Source: Verrucomicrobiota bacterium
GTDB taxonomy: Bacteria; Verrucomicrobiota; Verrucomicrobiia; Limisphaerales; Palsa-1400
Length of the DNA: 37,228 nt
NCBI GenBank assembly: GCA_049510745.1
Contig: JBEKYR010000048.1
Span: 1 to 37,228 of the forward strand
Direction: 5' to 3'
Shown piece after piece: positions 19,146 to 28,814 of this stretch. Numbering within the stretch: the first letter of the stretch is position 1; the number at the start of each line of letters is the position of its first letter. Position numbers and translations under genes: made by a program. Under the pieces are notes generated by a model. That model was not told the DNA's origin and ran no database searches. It saw only the letters and a list, made by a program, of their open reading frames with translations.

Positions 19146-20249
19146 ATGATTATCGGTGTCCCTCGGGAGATTAAACTGCAAGAACATCGCGTGGCCCTCC
19201 TGCCCTCGGCCGTTTACCAACTCGTCAAGCGCGGCCACCAGGTCATCGTCGAACGCGCCGCCGGCGCCGGCGCCGGCTACCCCGACGCCGATTACGAACA
19301 GGCCGGCGCCCAAATGACCTCCGACCACGCCGCCCCTTTCCAGCGGGCCGGCCTCGTTGTCAAGGTGAAGGAACCCCAGGAATCCGAATTCCCCCTGCTG
19401 CGTCCGGGCCAGATTCTTTTCACTTACCTCCACCTCGCGGCCGACCGCGGCCTGACCGTGGCGCTGATGAAATCGGGCGTGACCGGCATCGCCTACGAAA
19501 CCATCGAAGTCAACCGCCGCCTGCCCTTGCTAGAACCGATGAGCGAGATCGCCGGGCGCATGGCCATCCTGGTCGGCGGTTTTTTCCTGGCCAAGCACAA
19601 CGGCGGCAGCGGCGTGCTCTTGGGCGGCGTGCCGGGCGTGTTGCCGGGCAAAGTCGTGGTCCTGGGCGGCGGCGCCAGCGGCATCAACGCCGCCCGCATG
19701 GCCACCGGCCTGGGCGCCGACGTCACCATTTTGGAAGTCGATTTGGAACGGATGAGATTCCTGGACATCACGCTACACACGGCCCACACGCTTTTTTCGA
19801 GCGAAGCGCACCTGACCGACTTGCTTCCGGCCGTTGACCTGCTGATCGGCGCCGTGCTGCTGCCAGGCGCCAAAGCGCCCAAACTGATCACCCGCTCCAT
19901 GCTCCGCAGTATGCGGCCCGGCAGCGTTTTGGTGGACATTGCCATCGACCAGGGCGGCTGCGCCGAGACCTCGCGGCCCACGACCCATGACCATCCGGTG
20001 TTTGTCGAAGAAGGCGTCATCCACTACTGCGTGGCCAACATGCCTGGAGCCTACGCCCGCACCGCCACCCAAGCCCTGACCAACGTAACCTATCGTTACA
20101 TCGAAACCCTGGCGGACATGGACTTGCCCGACGCCTGCCGGCATCAACCCGCCTTGATCGGCGGCATCAACGTCATGAACGGCAAAGTCACCCACAAAGC
20201 CGTCGCCGAAGCCCACGGCATGAAATACGAGTCTCCGCAACTGTCGTGA
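19146..20249 (+). CDS. ald: Alanine dehydrogenase
   Basis: MIIGVPREIK, VKVKEP, LFTYLHLAA, PMSEIAGR, DIAIDQGGC, HYCVANMPGA. Confidence 0.96.
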   Translation: MIIGVPREIKLQEHRVALLPSAVYQLVKRGHQVIVERAAGAGAGYPDADYEQAGAQMTSDHAAPFQRAGLVVKVKEPQESEFPLLRPGQILFTYLHLAADRGLTVALMKSGVTGIAYETIEVNRRLPLLEPMSEIAGRMAILVGGFFLAKHNGGSGVLLGGVPGVLPGKVVVLGGGASGINAARMATGLGADVTILEVDLERMRFLDITLHTAHTLFSSEAHLTDLLPAVDLLIGAVLLPGAKAPKLITRSMLRSMRPGSVLVDIAIDQGGCAETSRPTTHDHPVFVEEGVIHYCVANMPGAYARTATQALTNVTYRYIETLADMDLPDACRHQPALIGGINVMNGKVTHKAVAEAHGMKYESPQLS

Positions 20250-22552
20250 CTTCCAACGATTCCGCCGCCGCCTCTGCCGATGCCGGGCGACCGGATGAGG
20301 GCGCGGGGCCGGATTGGTCGGCGCCCCAACGCTTCGCCCTGATCCTGGCGGCGATGATTTTTATTCCGTTCTGGAACGTCCTGCTCGGATTTGAGACGTT
20401 CGGCCTGCGGGACTTCGGAGTGTTCAGCCTCCCGACGGCCTATTTTCAGCGCGAATGCTTTTGGCACGGCCAATTGCCGTTGTGGAACCCTTACAATTGC
20501 TGCGGCGTCCCTTTCCTGGCGCAGTTCAACACGCTGGCCCTCTATCCGCTCTCCCTGATTTACCTCCTGCTGCCGCTGACGTGGGCGCTGCCGGTGTTTT
20601 GTCTGTTCCATCTTTTCCTGGGCGGATTGGGGATGTATTTCCTGGCGTCGCGCTGGACGGGTTCGCGGCCGGGCGGGGCGCTGGCGGGAGTGGCTTTTGC
20701 CTTCAACGGGGTGTCGCTCAATGTCCTCATGTGGCCCAGTCATATCGCCACCTTCGCCTGGATGCCTTGGGTCATTTTGCTGGTGGAGAAAGCGTGGCGC
20801 GAGGGCGGGCGCAATATCGTCCTCGCCGCGCTGGCGGCGGGCATGGAGGTTTTGGCCGGCGGGCCGGAGACGATTTTGTTTACCTGGCTGGTTTTGCTGG
20901 CCGTCGCGGTAGTCCAATGTTGCCGCCAGCCGGCCCGAACCTGGACGACGGCGCAGCGGTTTCTTTCGATGGGCTGTCTGGCGTTGGGCCTGGCGGCGGC
21001 GCAAATACTGCCCTTCGTGGACTTCGCCCTTCACTCCAGCCGCAAAAGCAACTTCGCCGGCTCGGAATGGTCGATGCCGCCGTGGGGCTGGGGAAATTTC
21101 CTGGTGCCGTTGTTCCAGACCTCGAAGTGGCAGCAGATCGCGGTGCAGCGCGATCAATACTGGACCTCCTCCTACTACGCCGGCATCGGCGTGCTGTTTC
21201 TGGCGGTGCTCGCGCTCTGGCGGCGCCGCCACTGGCGCGTCTGGTTGCTCGGCGGCTTTCTCCTGGCAAGCCTTGTGCTGGCTTTGGGGAACAACGGGTT
21301 TGTTTTCGGACCGCTCAAACGGCTCCTGCCGTTCCTGGGCATGTTCCGTTACCCCGTCAAGTTCGTCATCCTGACGCTGCTCACGATGCCGCTGCTGGCG
21401 GCTTACGCGGTCGCCGATTACCAAAGCGCGCCGCCCGGCGAGAGGCGGCGCTGGGGCGCGGACATTCTTGTCGGCGCGGTGATGCTCGCTTTGATCGGAG
21501 TCATTCTGTGGGTGGCGCGCTTCTGGCCGGTCGAAAACACCTCCTGGCCCGCGACCGCCGCCAATGCGCTGTCGCGGACGATTTTCCTGCTGCTGACGTT
21601 TCTGGCGGTGATCCTTTTCTACCGGCGGCCACCGGCGCAGTCGTGGAGCATCGTGTTGCTCCTGGCGGTTTGCTGGGGTGATTTAACCACCCATATGCCG
21701 TGGCAGAATCCCACCATGGACCCCGCCTTGTTTCAACCCGGTTTTGGCAAGGCGGACGCGAAGTTCGACCCCGAACCGAACATCGCGCATTCGCGCCTGA
21801 TGATGTCCCCGTTCTCGGCGCGGCAGCTCTATTACAAGCCCGCCGCGGACATGAAAACCAATTACGTCCTGGATCGCGTCGTGTTTTTGGCCGACTGCAA
21901 TTTGCTGGATGGTTTGCCGAAAGTGGACGGTTTTTTCTCCCTGGCCTTGCGCGAGAGCGACCGGGTGCTGTGGCTGCTGGATCCGAGCATTGGCCGACAA
22001 TTGGACAGTTTGGAGGATCTTCTGTCCGTTTCCCATACAATCGCGCCGGGCAAAGTTTTCGATTGGGTGTCCCGAACGAACTACATTCCGATCGTGACCG
22101 CCGGACAGGAGCCGCTCTTTGCCGGCGACCAGGCCGTTTTCGATGCGATTGCCAATATCCAGATCGATTTTCGCAAGTTCACCTGTCTGCCGCCGCGGGC
22201 AAAGGCCGTTGTCAAGGCCCGGCGCCAACCCGACGCTCGCATTCTCTCCACAGACTTCTCGCCGACACGGCAAAAAATACAGGTGACAACTCCCGGCCCG
22301 GCATTGGTCGTTCTGTCTCAAGCCTACTACCACAATTGGACGGCGTCGGTGGACGGGGCGCCTGCGCCATTATGGCGCGCCAACTACGCCTTCCAAGCTG
22401 TCGAAGTGCCTGAAGGCAAGCATGATGTGTTGTTAACGTACAAGGACAAGGCGCTCCGGATGGGAGGCATTATTTCCCTTGTCTCGGCGCTGGTTTGCGT
22501 GGGCGGATGGATGTTTCTGCCGGGCGCCGCAGGCAGGGAAACGGCCAATTAA
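20246..22552 (+). CDS. YfhO family polytopic membrane protein (GT-C-type glycosyltransferase-like)
   Basis: LPLWNPYNCCGVPFLA, many TM helices, FRYPVKF, C-terminal YYHNWTASVDG...ANYAFQAVEVPEGKHDV. Confidence 0.82.
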   Translation: MTSNDSAAASADAGRPDEGAGPDWSAPQRFALILAAMIFIPFWNVLLGFETFGLRDFGVFSLPTAYFQRECFWHGQLPLWNPYNCCGVPFLAQFNTLALYPLSLIYLLLPLTWALPVFCLFHLFLGGLGMYFLASRWTGSRPGGALAGVAFAFNGVSLNVLMWPSHIATFAWMPWVILLVEKAWREGGRNIVLAALAAGMEVLAGGPETILFTWLVLLAVAVVQCCRQPARTWTTAQRFLSMGCLALGLAAAQILPFVDFALHSSRKSNFAGSEWSMPPWGWGNFLVPLFQTSKWQQIAVQRDQYWTSSYYAGIGVLFLAVLALWRRRHWRVWLLGGFLLASLVLALGNNGFVFGPLKRLLPFLGMFRYPVKFVILTLLTMPLLAAYAVADYQSAPPGERRRWGADILVGAVMLALIGVILWVARFWPVENTSWPATAANALSRTIFLLLTFLAVILFYRRPPAQSWSIVLLLAVCWGDLTTHMPWQNPTMDPALFQPGFGKADAKFDPEPNIAHSRLMMSPFSARQLYYKPAADMKTNYVLDRVVFLADCNLLDGLPKVDGFFSLALRESDRVLWLLDPSIGRQLDSLEDLLSVSHTIAPGKVFDWVSRTNYIPIVTAGQEPLFAGDQAVFDAIANIQIDFRKFTCLPPRAKAVVKARRQPDARILSTDFSPTRQKIQVTTPGPALVVLSQAYYHNWTASVDGAPAPLWRANYAFQAVEVPEGKHDVLLTYKDKALRMGGIISLVSALVCVGGWMFLPGAAGRETAN

Positions 22553-22593
22553 AAATCCATCTTGCACGCCTGCTTGGGTCTGGAGTACAATTG

Positions 22594-22609
22594 TGGCGTG
22601 CTCTCTGCT
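22594..22609 (+). promoter_or_regulatory. Putative sigma54 (-24/-12) promoter for the pilin gene
   Basis: TGGCGTGCTCTCTGCT has GG-N10-GC spacing; an alternative sigma70-like TTGCAC-18-TACAAT lies at 22562-22591. Confidence 0.5.
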
Positions 22610-22719
22610 ATAAATCGAGTCTTCACGGCTTTGCAAAAGGCAATTCGTGAACATTTAGCGCATTATTACATAACCGCCTTTTGCATGGTTCACGGCCGGA
22701 GGGACAGAAAGGTAGTGTT

Positions 22720-23094
22720 ATGCAGACCATGAAACAGGGGGGGAAGGGGTTTACATTGGTCGAGATAATGATTGTCGTGGCGATCATCGGGTTGTTGGCG
22801 GCCATAGCCATCCCCAACCTGGTGCGCTCGCGCACAACCACTCAGACCAATACGTGTATCGACAACCTGCGTATGCTTGACGCAGCGAAGCAGCAGTGGG
22901 CCTTGGAGCACGGGGCCGTCGCCACAACCGTGCCGCAACCGAGCGACATCCAGCCCTATCTGGGGCGGGGAAACGGCGTTTTGCCGGTGTGTCCGATTGA
23001 CTCGCAGGCCTCGTTTGCCACCAGCTACAACCTGCTCGATTGTCAAACCCGCCCCGTTTGCTTGATCTTACCATCGGTCCACGTGTTGCCGTAG
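22720..23094 (+). CDS. Type IV pilin-like protein (prepilin cleavage/methylation motif)
   Basis: KG|FTLVEIMIVVAIIGLLAAIAIP class III signal; small domain with C-terminal cysteines; GAAAGG upstream. Confidence 0.9.
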   Translation: MQTMKQGGKGFTLVEIMIVVAIIGLLAAIAIPNLVRSRTTTQTNTCIDNLRMLDAAKQQWALEHGAVATTVPQPSDIQPYLGRGNGVLPVCPIDSQASFATSYNLLDCQTRPVCLILPSVHVLP

Positions 23095-23108
23095 GCGGTT
23101 GACACCGC

Positions 23109-23981
23109 TTACGGCGCTCGCAAGGCCAGATGCCACGTTGCCACCAGCAACGCCGCCAGCGTCGCGATGCCGGCCAGGCTGGCCGCGCCGCGCTGCAATG
23201 TTTCGGCTCGCGCGTGTCCCAGCACGCACCCAAAGAGCGCGCCCGAGACAAACCCGCCCACGTGCGCGACGACATCGGATTCCGGACTAAAGCCGATCAG
23301 GACGAGGATGAGAGTCCCGGCGGCGAGCGCCCGAATGAAGACTTTGGAACCGCTCCGGTACGTGCGCCAAAAAGCGAACGATTGGGCGGAGATCAAGCCC
23401 AGCGCGCCCATGACCATTCCTGACGCGCCCAGGCCCTGGTGCGGTTGGGCATAGAGCACCAAACCGGCCACATTCCCCGCCACTCCGGCCAGGAACGCCG
23501 CCAGCAATCCGACCCCCGCCCCGTAACGGGCCATGGCCAAACCAAGCAGGATGAATCCCGTCGTCATGTTGGCCATGAGATGGGGCATGTTCTCGTGCAA
23601 GCTCACCGCCGTAAACAGCCGCCACCACTGTCCGGCCGCCACTTTGACGCTGTCCAAAATCCCCGCCTCTTTGGCCGCGGGAAAGCGCGCCGTGCTCCAA
23701 TAATAAATCGCCGCAATCGCCGCCGCCCACGCCGCGCTGCCCCAATGGAAAACCACCCCGGCCACCGGCAGCGGTTGTTGCCAGCGCCAGTTCCGGTTCT
23801 CGATCTGGTATTTCCGCAGATTGACCTGCGCCCGCTCATAATCCCGTGCCGGCACGATCAGTTCCCAACCCTCCTCGGATTGATGCAGAATCGCCTCAAT
23901 GCCCTGGCTGGCCAGCACCAAACCCCACTCCATCACCTGCCGGCGGGAGCGCGCGGGGATGCTACACCGGTCGAGTTGCAT
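23109..23981 (-). CDS. Rhomboid family intramembrane serine protease
   Basis: WWRLFTAVSLH, HLMAN, GASG catalytic Ser, AHVGGF catalytic His. Real start about 23981, overlapping the tcdA end. Confidence 0.9.
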   Translation of the reverse strand: MQLDRCSIPARSRRQVMEWGLVLASQGIEAILHQSEEGWELIVPARDYERAQVNLRKYQIENRNWRWQQPLPVAGVVFHWGSAAWAAAIAAIYYWSTARFPAAKEAGILDSVKVAAGQWWRLFTAVSLHENMPHLMANMTTGFILLGLAMARYGAGVGLLAAFLAGVAGNVAGLVLYAQPHQGLGASGMVMGALGLISAQSFAFWRTYRSGSKVFIRALAAGTLILVLIGFSPESDVVAHVGGFVSGALFGCVLGHARAETLQRGAASLAGIATLAALLVATWHLALRAP

Positions 23982-24732
23982 AAGCCGGGCCGGTCGCGAT
24001 GGCCGAGACAATGTGGGCGGCGGCCACGAAGCCAAATGTGCCGGTGACAAAGCTGGCCGCCCCGTAGCGGTGGTCGCAGCCCCGGGGCAATGCGGCCTCG
24101 CAGGCCTCGGGCAACACCGGTGGTTCCGGCGAAAAAACGCACGGCACCTGGAACGGCGTTTTGGGGTCGCGCGGAAAACCGTGCTCCTCCCGCAGTTTCT
24201 TGCGCACCTGTTGCAGCAACGGGTCGCCCCCCGTTTGCGCCAAGTCCGCCACCCGGACGGCCGCCGGGTCCCTGCGCCCGCCCGCCCCACCCGCCGCGAC
24301 GATGGGAATTTTTGTTTGACGGCAACGCGCGATGAGCAGGCATTTGTTGGGCACCTGGTCGATGGCGTCGAGCACCCAGTCGAAACGGTTTCCGAGAATT
24401 TCCGCCGCGGTCGATTCGTTGAAGAACTCCTGGAGCGCGCGCACCTGGCAGGCGGGGTTGATGGCTTGGATGCGCGCGGCCATGACCTCCGCCTTGGGCC
24501 GGCCAATGACGCCGTCCAGGGCCTGCAACTGGCGGTTGACGTTGCTGGCGCAGACATCATCCAGATCGACCAAGGTGAGGCGTCCGATGGCGCTGCGGGC
24601 CAGCGCCTCCGCCGCCCACGAGCCGACCCCGCCCAGGCCGACCACGCAGACGCTGGCCTGGCGGAGCCGTTGCAGTCCCTCCGCCGAATAGAGCCGCTGG
24701 ATGCCGGCAAAGCGAAGCTCCAAATCATTCAT
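23962..24732 (-). CDS. tcdA: tRNA threonylcarbamoyladenosine dehydratase (ThiF family)
   Basis: VVGLGGVGSWAAEALARS, DLDDVCASNVNRQ, DAID, DPLLQQVRKKLR, CVFSPE, FVTGTFG. Confidence 0.9.
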   Translation of the reverse strand: MNDLELRFAGIQRLYSAEGLQRLRQASVCVVGLGGVGSWAAEALARSAIGRLTLVDLDDVCASNVNRQLQALDGVIGRPKAEVMAARIQAINPACQVRALQEFFNESTAAEILGNRFDWVLDAIDQVPNKCLLIARCRQTKIPIVAAGGAGGRRDPAAVRVADLAQTGGDPLLQQVRKKLREEHGFPRDPKTPFQVPCVFSPEPPVLPEACEAALPRGCDHRYGAASFVTGTFGFVAAAHIVSAIATGPAYATRPV

Positions 24733-24772
24733 GCACCCGGCAATTTACGGCAAGGGCGCCGGCTGGCAACTG

Positions 24773-25420
24773 GAACCTGACTGAACCTGACTGGGTTCCT
24801 TCATTCTTTAGCACGATTTCCATGCTGTGGTCGTGGTTCTCTGAGTTTCGGTCGTGGTTCTGGTTTATTGCAGAATTGCCGCGATTCAGCGCGATTTGGC
24901 CTTAAAGCAATCCACTGGAATGCAGCCCCGAAATTCTGCGGGGTAAATGTTCAGAAGCAGACCAAAGATGGGTTCGTTTGGCAAAAAACCGCTTTTCGCT
25001 CATGGTCTTTCCGATAGCTCCATCGTCAGGGGCGGCGGAATGGCCTTGAGGAGCCTTGACTTGGCTTGACCAGCCTTGACTGGGCTTGGCCCTCACCCAC
25101 CCCCCTCCCCCTGTTGTTTGGGGTTTGATTTAGTCTGATTTAGTCTGATTTAGTTTGATTTGGGCTTGATTTACCTTGACGGAAATCTGTTGGACGGGCC
25201 GGACCGGCAAATTCTGCCGGTCGAACGCCGGCCCGTAAGTCCGGCGACGGGTTGCCAGCGGATCGCCTGGAGCCGAAGCCCCTCCTTTCCAATGTGATGG
25301 TTCTTATTCTCATCAAATGAGGTATTATCACGTTTTATTGGAATATGCAAGGGTTTTTCCCAGGAGAAAAGGATTTAACCGCAGAGGGCGCAAAAAGCAC
25401 AGAGATAAGCACTTATGAAT
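24773..25420. repeat. Non-coding mosaic of short tandem repeats and hairpins
   Basis: GAACCTGACT x2 (about 24773-24792); GGTCGTGGTTCT x2 (24829, 24850); CTTGAC at 10-bp period (about 25055-25090); TGATTTAGTY x3 (about 25126-25160); long hairpin at about 25194-25236. Confidence 0.65.
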
Positions 25421-25795
25421 GTTTTGGCCGACTCAAAACACGATTCGGTGAATTTTTTTTGCCGCCGTCCGCTCGCTCGGTTTCCTTTGTTGCTCTGGGG
25501 AGAATTGAATAACCGATTGTTTGAGCCGTCGTCGCGTTCGCTGAAATCAACGGGCAGACTTAAAAACTGGGCGACACTCCGGGTTGACGCCTGTGAGACG
25601 CTTGCGGAATTTACAGGAAGCCGCATTGGCTTTTAGAAATGCAGGCCGCTCTTTGTAAAAAGTTCTCGACACGGTTCTGAAATAGGCGTATTCAGCGGAC
25701 GGATGGAAAATGCGGGCTTCAAAGTGCCATTTTGATTTGGCCGTTGTTTTTGATTCTCCGGTTCTCCAAGGGCTCAGACAACAAACAGAATGTTT

Positions 25796-27040
25796 ATGGC
25801 AATCGACGATAAAAAGCAACCGCTTGATAACGGAGCGGCACGGGGTACCACTGTTGAAATCCCATCAAAACGTCAGGTGAATCCTGTTGTGGATAAAAAA
25901 TCCGGCGAAAAATCCAAACGCAAACATAAGCGGACTCGCGCCGTGAGACCGTATCCTTCCTCCTCTTTTGAAGAGGCTTTAAAGCTTGCCGAAGCAATTC
26001 AGACGATTGCTGCTGGCGGCAGGGTGCGTCGCCTAACCCTGTGCGAACAAATGAAAATCTCGCCGACAAGCAGTAGTACGACAATACTCATTACCAACTC
26101 CGGAAAGTATGGAATCACGAGGGGTAGTTATGCCGCTGATTGGATTGAACTAACTCCTGATGGGAAACTCGCTTCCAGCCGTGATACGCCAGCCGGAGAC
26201 AAGCTCAAGGCGAAATTCTGTCTGGCGATTGAAGGGGTTAAACCATTCAACGCTCTTTATGAGGAATACAAGAAACAGAAGTTGCCCGCACACGCTGTTA
26301 TAAAGGATTTTTTACAGTCCGCCAAACTTCGTGTGGAGAATTTCGAGGAATGTTTAGACACTTTCATCGTTAACGCGAAGTTTCTTGGGTTGCTGCGCAC
26401 CATTGCCGGGTCTGAAGTTCTTATTCCAATCGACCAAGCGATTGATGAGGCACCCACCGCGCCATTACCAGCGACCATTGGAGTTACAACATCCATCGCA
26501 TCTGGGGAGACGAGCAACGAAAAAACTGGCGAAGACAAGACGGACTGGGCGACGACCTGTTTCTATATTTCACCCATTGGCAAAGAAAATAGCGAGGAAC
26601 GAAAGCACTCGGATTTGTTTCTTAACTCGATAGTTGAGCCTGCATTGAAGGAATTCGGTTTGCGAGTTGTGCGAGGGGATAAAATTGGTGAGGCGGGAAT
26701 GATAACATCGCAGATCTTGGAACACATCCTTAAAGCAAAGCTTGTAGTTGTTGACTTGTCATTTCATAATCCGAACGCGTTTTACGAACTGGCCATCCGT
26801 CACGCGTGCAAATTGCCCATTGTACAAATCATTCGAAAGGCCGACGCCATTCCGTTCGATTTGAATCAGATACGCACAATACCCATAGATAACACGGACA
26901 TCTACACGTTAATCCCTCACCTTGAGACATATAGATCCGAGGTTGCGACTCACGTTCGGCAAGCACTTGCCAACCCAGACAGTGTCAGCAATCCGCTGAC
27001 TGTTTTTTGTCCGGGATTTCAAATTACCCTGCCGCCGTAG
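25796..27040 (+). CDS. Predicted winged-helix-like N-terminal domain fused to a nucleoside 2-deoxyribosyltransferase (NDT)/TIR-like domain; candidate defence effector
   Basis: C-terminal CFYISPIG...IVEPAL...RGDKI...GMITSQILEHI...VVVDLSFHNPNAFYELAIRHA...IPFDL pattern; AT-richer than the backbone. Confidence 0.7.
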   Translation: MAIDDKKQPLDNGAARGTTVEIPSKRQVNPVVDKKSGEKSKRKHKRTRAVRPYPSSSFEEALKLAEAIQTIAAGGRVRRLTLCEQMKISPTSSSTTILITNSGKYGITRGSYAADWIELTPDGKLASSRDTPAGDKLKAKFCLAIEGVKPFNALYEEYKKQKLPAHAVIKDFLQSAKLRVENFEECLDTFIVNAKFLGLLRTIAGSEVLIPIDQAIDEAPTAPLPATIGVTTSIASGETSNEKTGEDKTDWATTCFYISPIGKENSEERKHSDLFLNSIVEPALKEFGLRVVRGDKIGEAGMITSQILEHILKAKLVVVDLSFHNPNAFYELAIRHACKLPIVQIIRKADAIPFDLNQIRTIPIDNTDIYTLIPHLETYRSEVATHVRQALANPDSVSNPLTVFCPGFQITLPP

Positions 27041-27087
27041 CCGATCAGTCTGCCAAATTGCCTTGGGGTCTGTTAAATCCACACCCA

Positions 27088-28791
27088 ATGAACCGCCTTT
27101 TCTTCGGCGACAATCTCAAGTGGCTGCGCGACACGAAGATTTTTCCTGACGCCAGCGTTGACCTCGTTTATCTGGACCCGCCGTTCAATTCCAATGCGGA
27201 TTACAATGTCCTGTTCCGCGAGGCTTCCGGCGAGGCGAGCCAGGCGCAGTTTCACGCCTTCACGGACACTTGGAACTGGGCGGACGCGGCGCAGACCTAC
27301 GCCGAATTTGTGGACGACTGCCCGAACACCGCTGTGGTGGAGATGATGGACGCGTTGCATGATCTGCTCAGAAATTCCCCGATGATGGCGTATCTGGCGA
27401 TGATGGCGCCGCGCCTGGCGGAACTGCATCGCATCCTCAAGCCCACCGGCAGCCTTTATCTCCATTGCGACCCGACCGCGAGCCATTATCTCCGAGTGAT
27501 GCTCGACGGAATCTTCGGTTCAAAGCGGATGCTGAATGAAATCTGTTGGAAGCGTTCCGCGGCGCACAGCGACACCAAGCAGGGAATGAGGCGGTGCGGT
27601 CGGATTCATGATTTGCTTTTGCTTTATGCAAAGGCGGACAAATACACTTGGAATCCAATCTGGACCCCTTACACCGCGGATTACTTTGAGCAGGAATATC
27701 GGCACGTTGCGCCAGACGGACGAAAATACAAAGAAACCGATTTGACGGCAGCCAAACCCGGGGGAGAGGTTGAGTATGAGTGGCGGGTGAAACGGCAAAA
27801 GAAAAAGGGCAAGCGTTGGGAAGCCGATCTGACCGACGAGTACAGGTCGCCGAAAACGAATTTTGAATATCGCGGAGTCAGGCCGTACCAAGGCCGTTTC
27901 TGGGCGTACAAAAAGGACAATCTTGTTGGCTTCGCCCGAGCTGGAAAATTGATTCATCGGAAGACGGGAATGCCCCGGTTGATGCAGTTCTCAGATGAGA
28001 TGCCCGGCATTCCGCTTCAAGATTTGTGGACGGATATTCCGCCGGAGTCGGGCGCAAATGATCTGGGTTATCCAACGCAAAAGCCGCAGGCGTTGTTGGA
28101 ACGAATTATTTCCACGAGCAGCAATGCGGGCGACACCGTGCTCGATCCGTTTTGCGGTTGCGGCACAACGGTTCACGCGGCGCATAAACTCGGCCGGCAA
28201 TGGATTGGCATTGATGTCACTTACCTCGCCGTCAATCTGATCAAACGCCGGCTCAAAGACGCTTTCGGCGATGACGTCCAGTTTGAGGAACGCGGCCAAC
28301 CGACGGACTTCGAGAGCGCGAAGGAGCTGGCGAAATTGGACAAGTGGCAGTTCCAGCAATGGGCGCTTTCGCTGATTGAGGCGCGCCCGCGCACGGAAGG
28401 CGACGGCAAGGGCGCGGATCGCGGCGTGGACGGGATGCTCTATTTCTACGAGAGCAAAGAGAAGCGCGAGAGAATCCTGGTGCAGGTCAAAGGCGGCGGC
28501 GTGCAGCGCGGCGACGTGGCGAAGTTGCTCGGCGACGTCAACAATCAGAAGTTCGTCGCGGGCATTCTGGTTACTCTGGAAAAACCGACCAAGCCGATGC
28601 GCGAAGAAGCGGCGGATGCAGGCCGTTACGGATCGAAGCTGTGGCACGACAAGGATTACCCCAAAATCCAGATTCTCACGATTGAAGGATTGTTGAGCGG
28701 CGCGGAGCGGATCGAAGCGCCGCCGCAAGTGAACCCCTTCGCCAAAGCGCAACGAGAGGCCAAGCCGGAAAAGCAGCCGGATCTGATCTAG
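27088..28791 (+). CDS. Beta-class N6/N4 DNA methyltransferase fused to a C-terminal Mrr-like restriction endonuclease domain
   Basis: Motif IV DPPF, YPTQKP, motif I VLDPFCGCGTT; C-terminal FQQWA...DRGVDG...VQVKGG (PD-QxK). Confidence 0.88.
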   Translation: MNRLFFGDNLKWLRDTKIFPDASVDLVYLDPPFNSNADYNVLFREASGEASQAQFHAFTDTWNWADAAQTYAEFVDDCPNTAVVEMMDALHDLLRNSPMMAYLAMMAPRLAELHRILKPTGSLYLHCDPTASHYLRVMLDGIFGSKRMLNEICWKRSAAHSDTKQGMRRCGRIHDLLLLYAKADKYTWNPIWTPYTADYFEQEYRHVAPDGRKYKETDLTAAKPGGEVEYEWRVKRQKKKGKRWEADLTDEYRSPKTNFEYRGVRPYQGRFWAYKKDNLVGFARAGKLIHRKTGMPRLMQFSDEMPGIPLQDLWTDIPPESGANDLGYPTQKPQALLERIISTSSNAGDTVLDPFCGCGTTVHAAHKLGRQWIGIDVTYLAVNLIKRRLKDAFGDDVQFEERGQPTDFESAKELAKLDKWQFQQWALSLIEARPRTEGDGKGADRGVDGMLYFYESKEKRERILVQVKGGGVQRGDVAKLLGDVNNQKFVAGILVTLEKPTKPMREEAADAGRYGSKLWHDKDYPKIQILTIEGLLSGAERIEAPPQVNPFAKAQREAKPEKQPDLI

Positions 28792-28814
28792 GCAATCACC
28801 AAGCCGATACTAAT

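Noticed and set aside
22620..22715. Possible c-di-GMP-I riboswitch ahead of the pilin
   Set aside because: GCAAA/GGCAA words are present, but I cannot find the GNRA tetraloop/receptor two-stem architecture; kept only as a hairpin. An Rfam scan would settle it.
23109..24728. 539-aa ORF suggesting a long rhomboid fusion
   Set aside because: The N-terminal half is an alternative frame of tcdA; the rhomboid starts at about 23981.
24773..25170. Possible CRISPR array
   Set aside because: Repeats are about 10 bp and tandem, without unique 30-40-bp spacers; no cas genes in the window.
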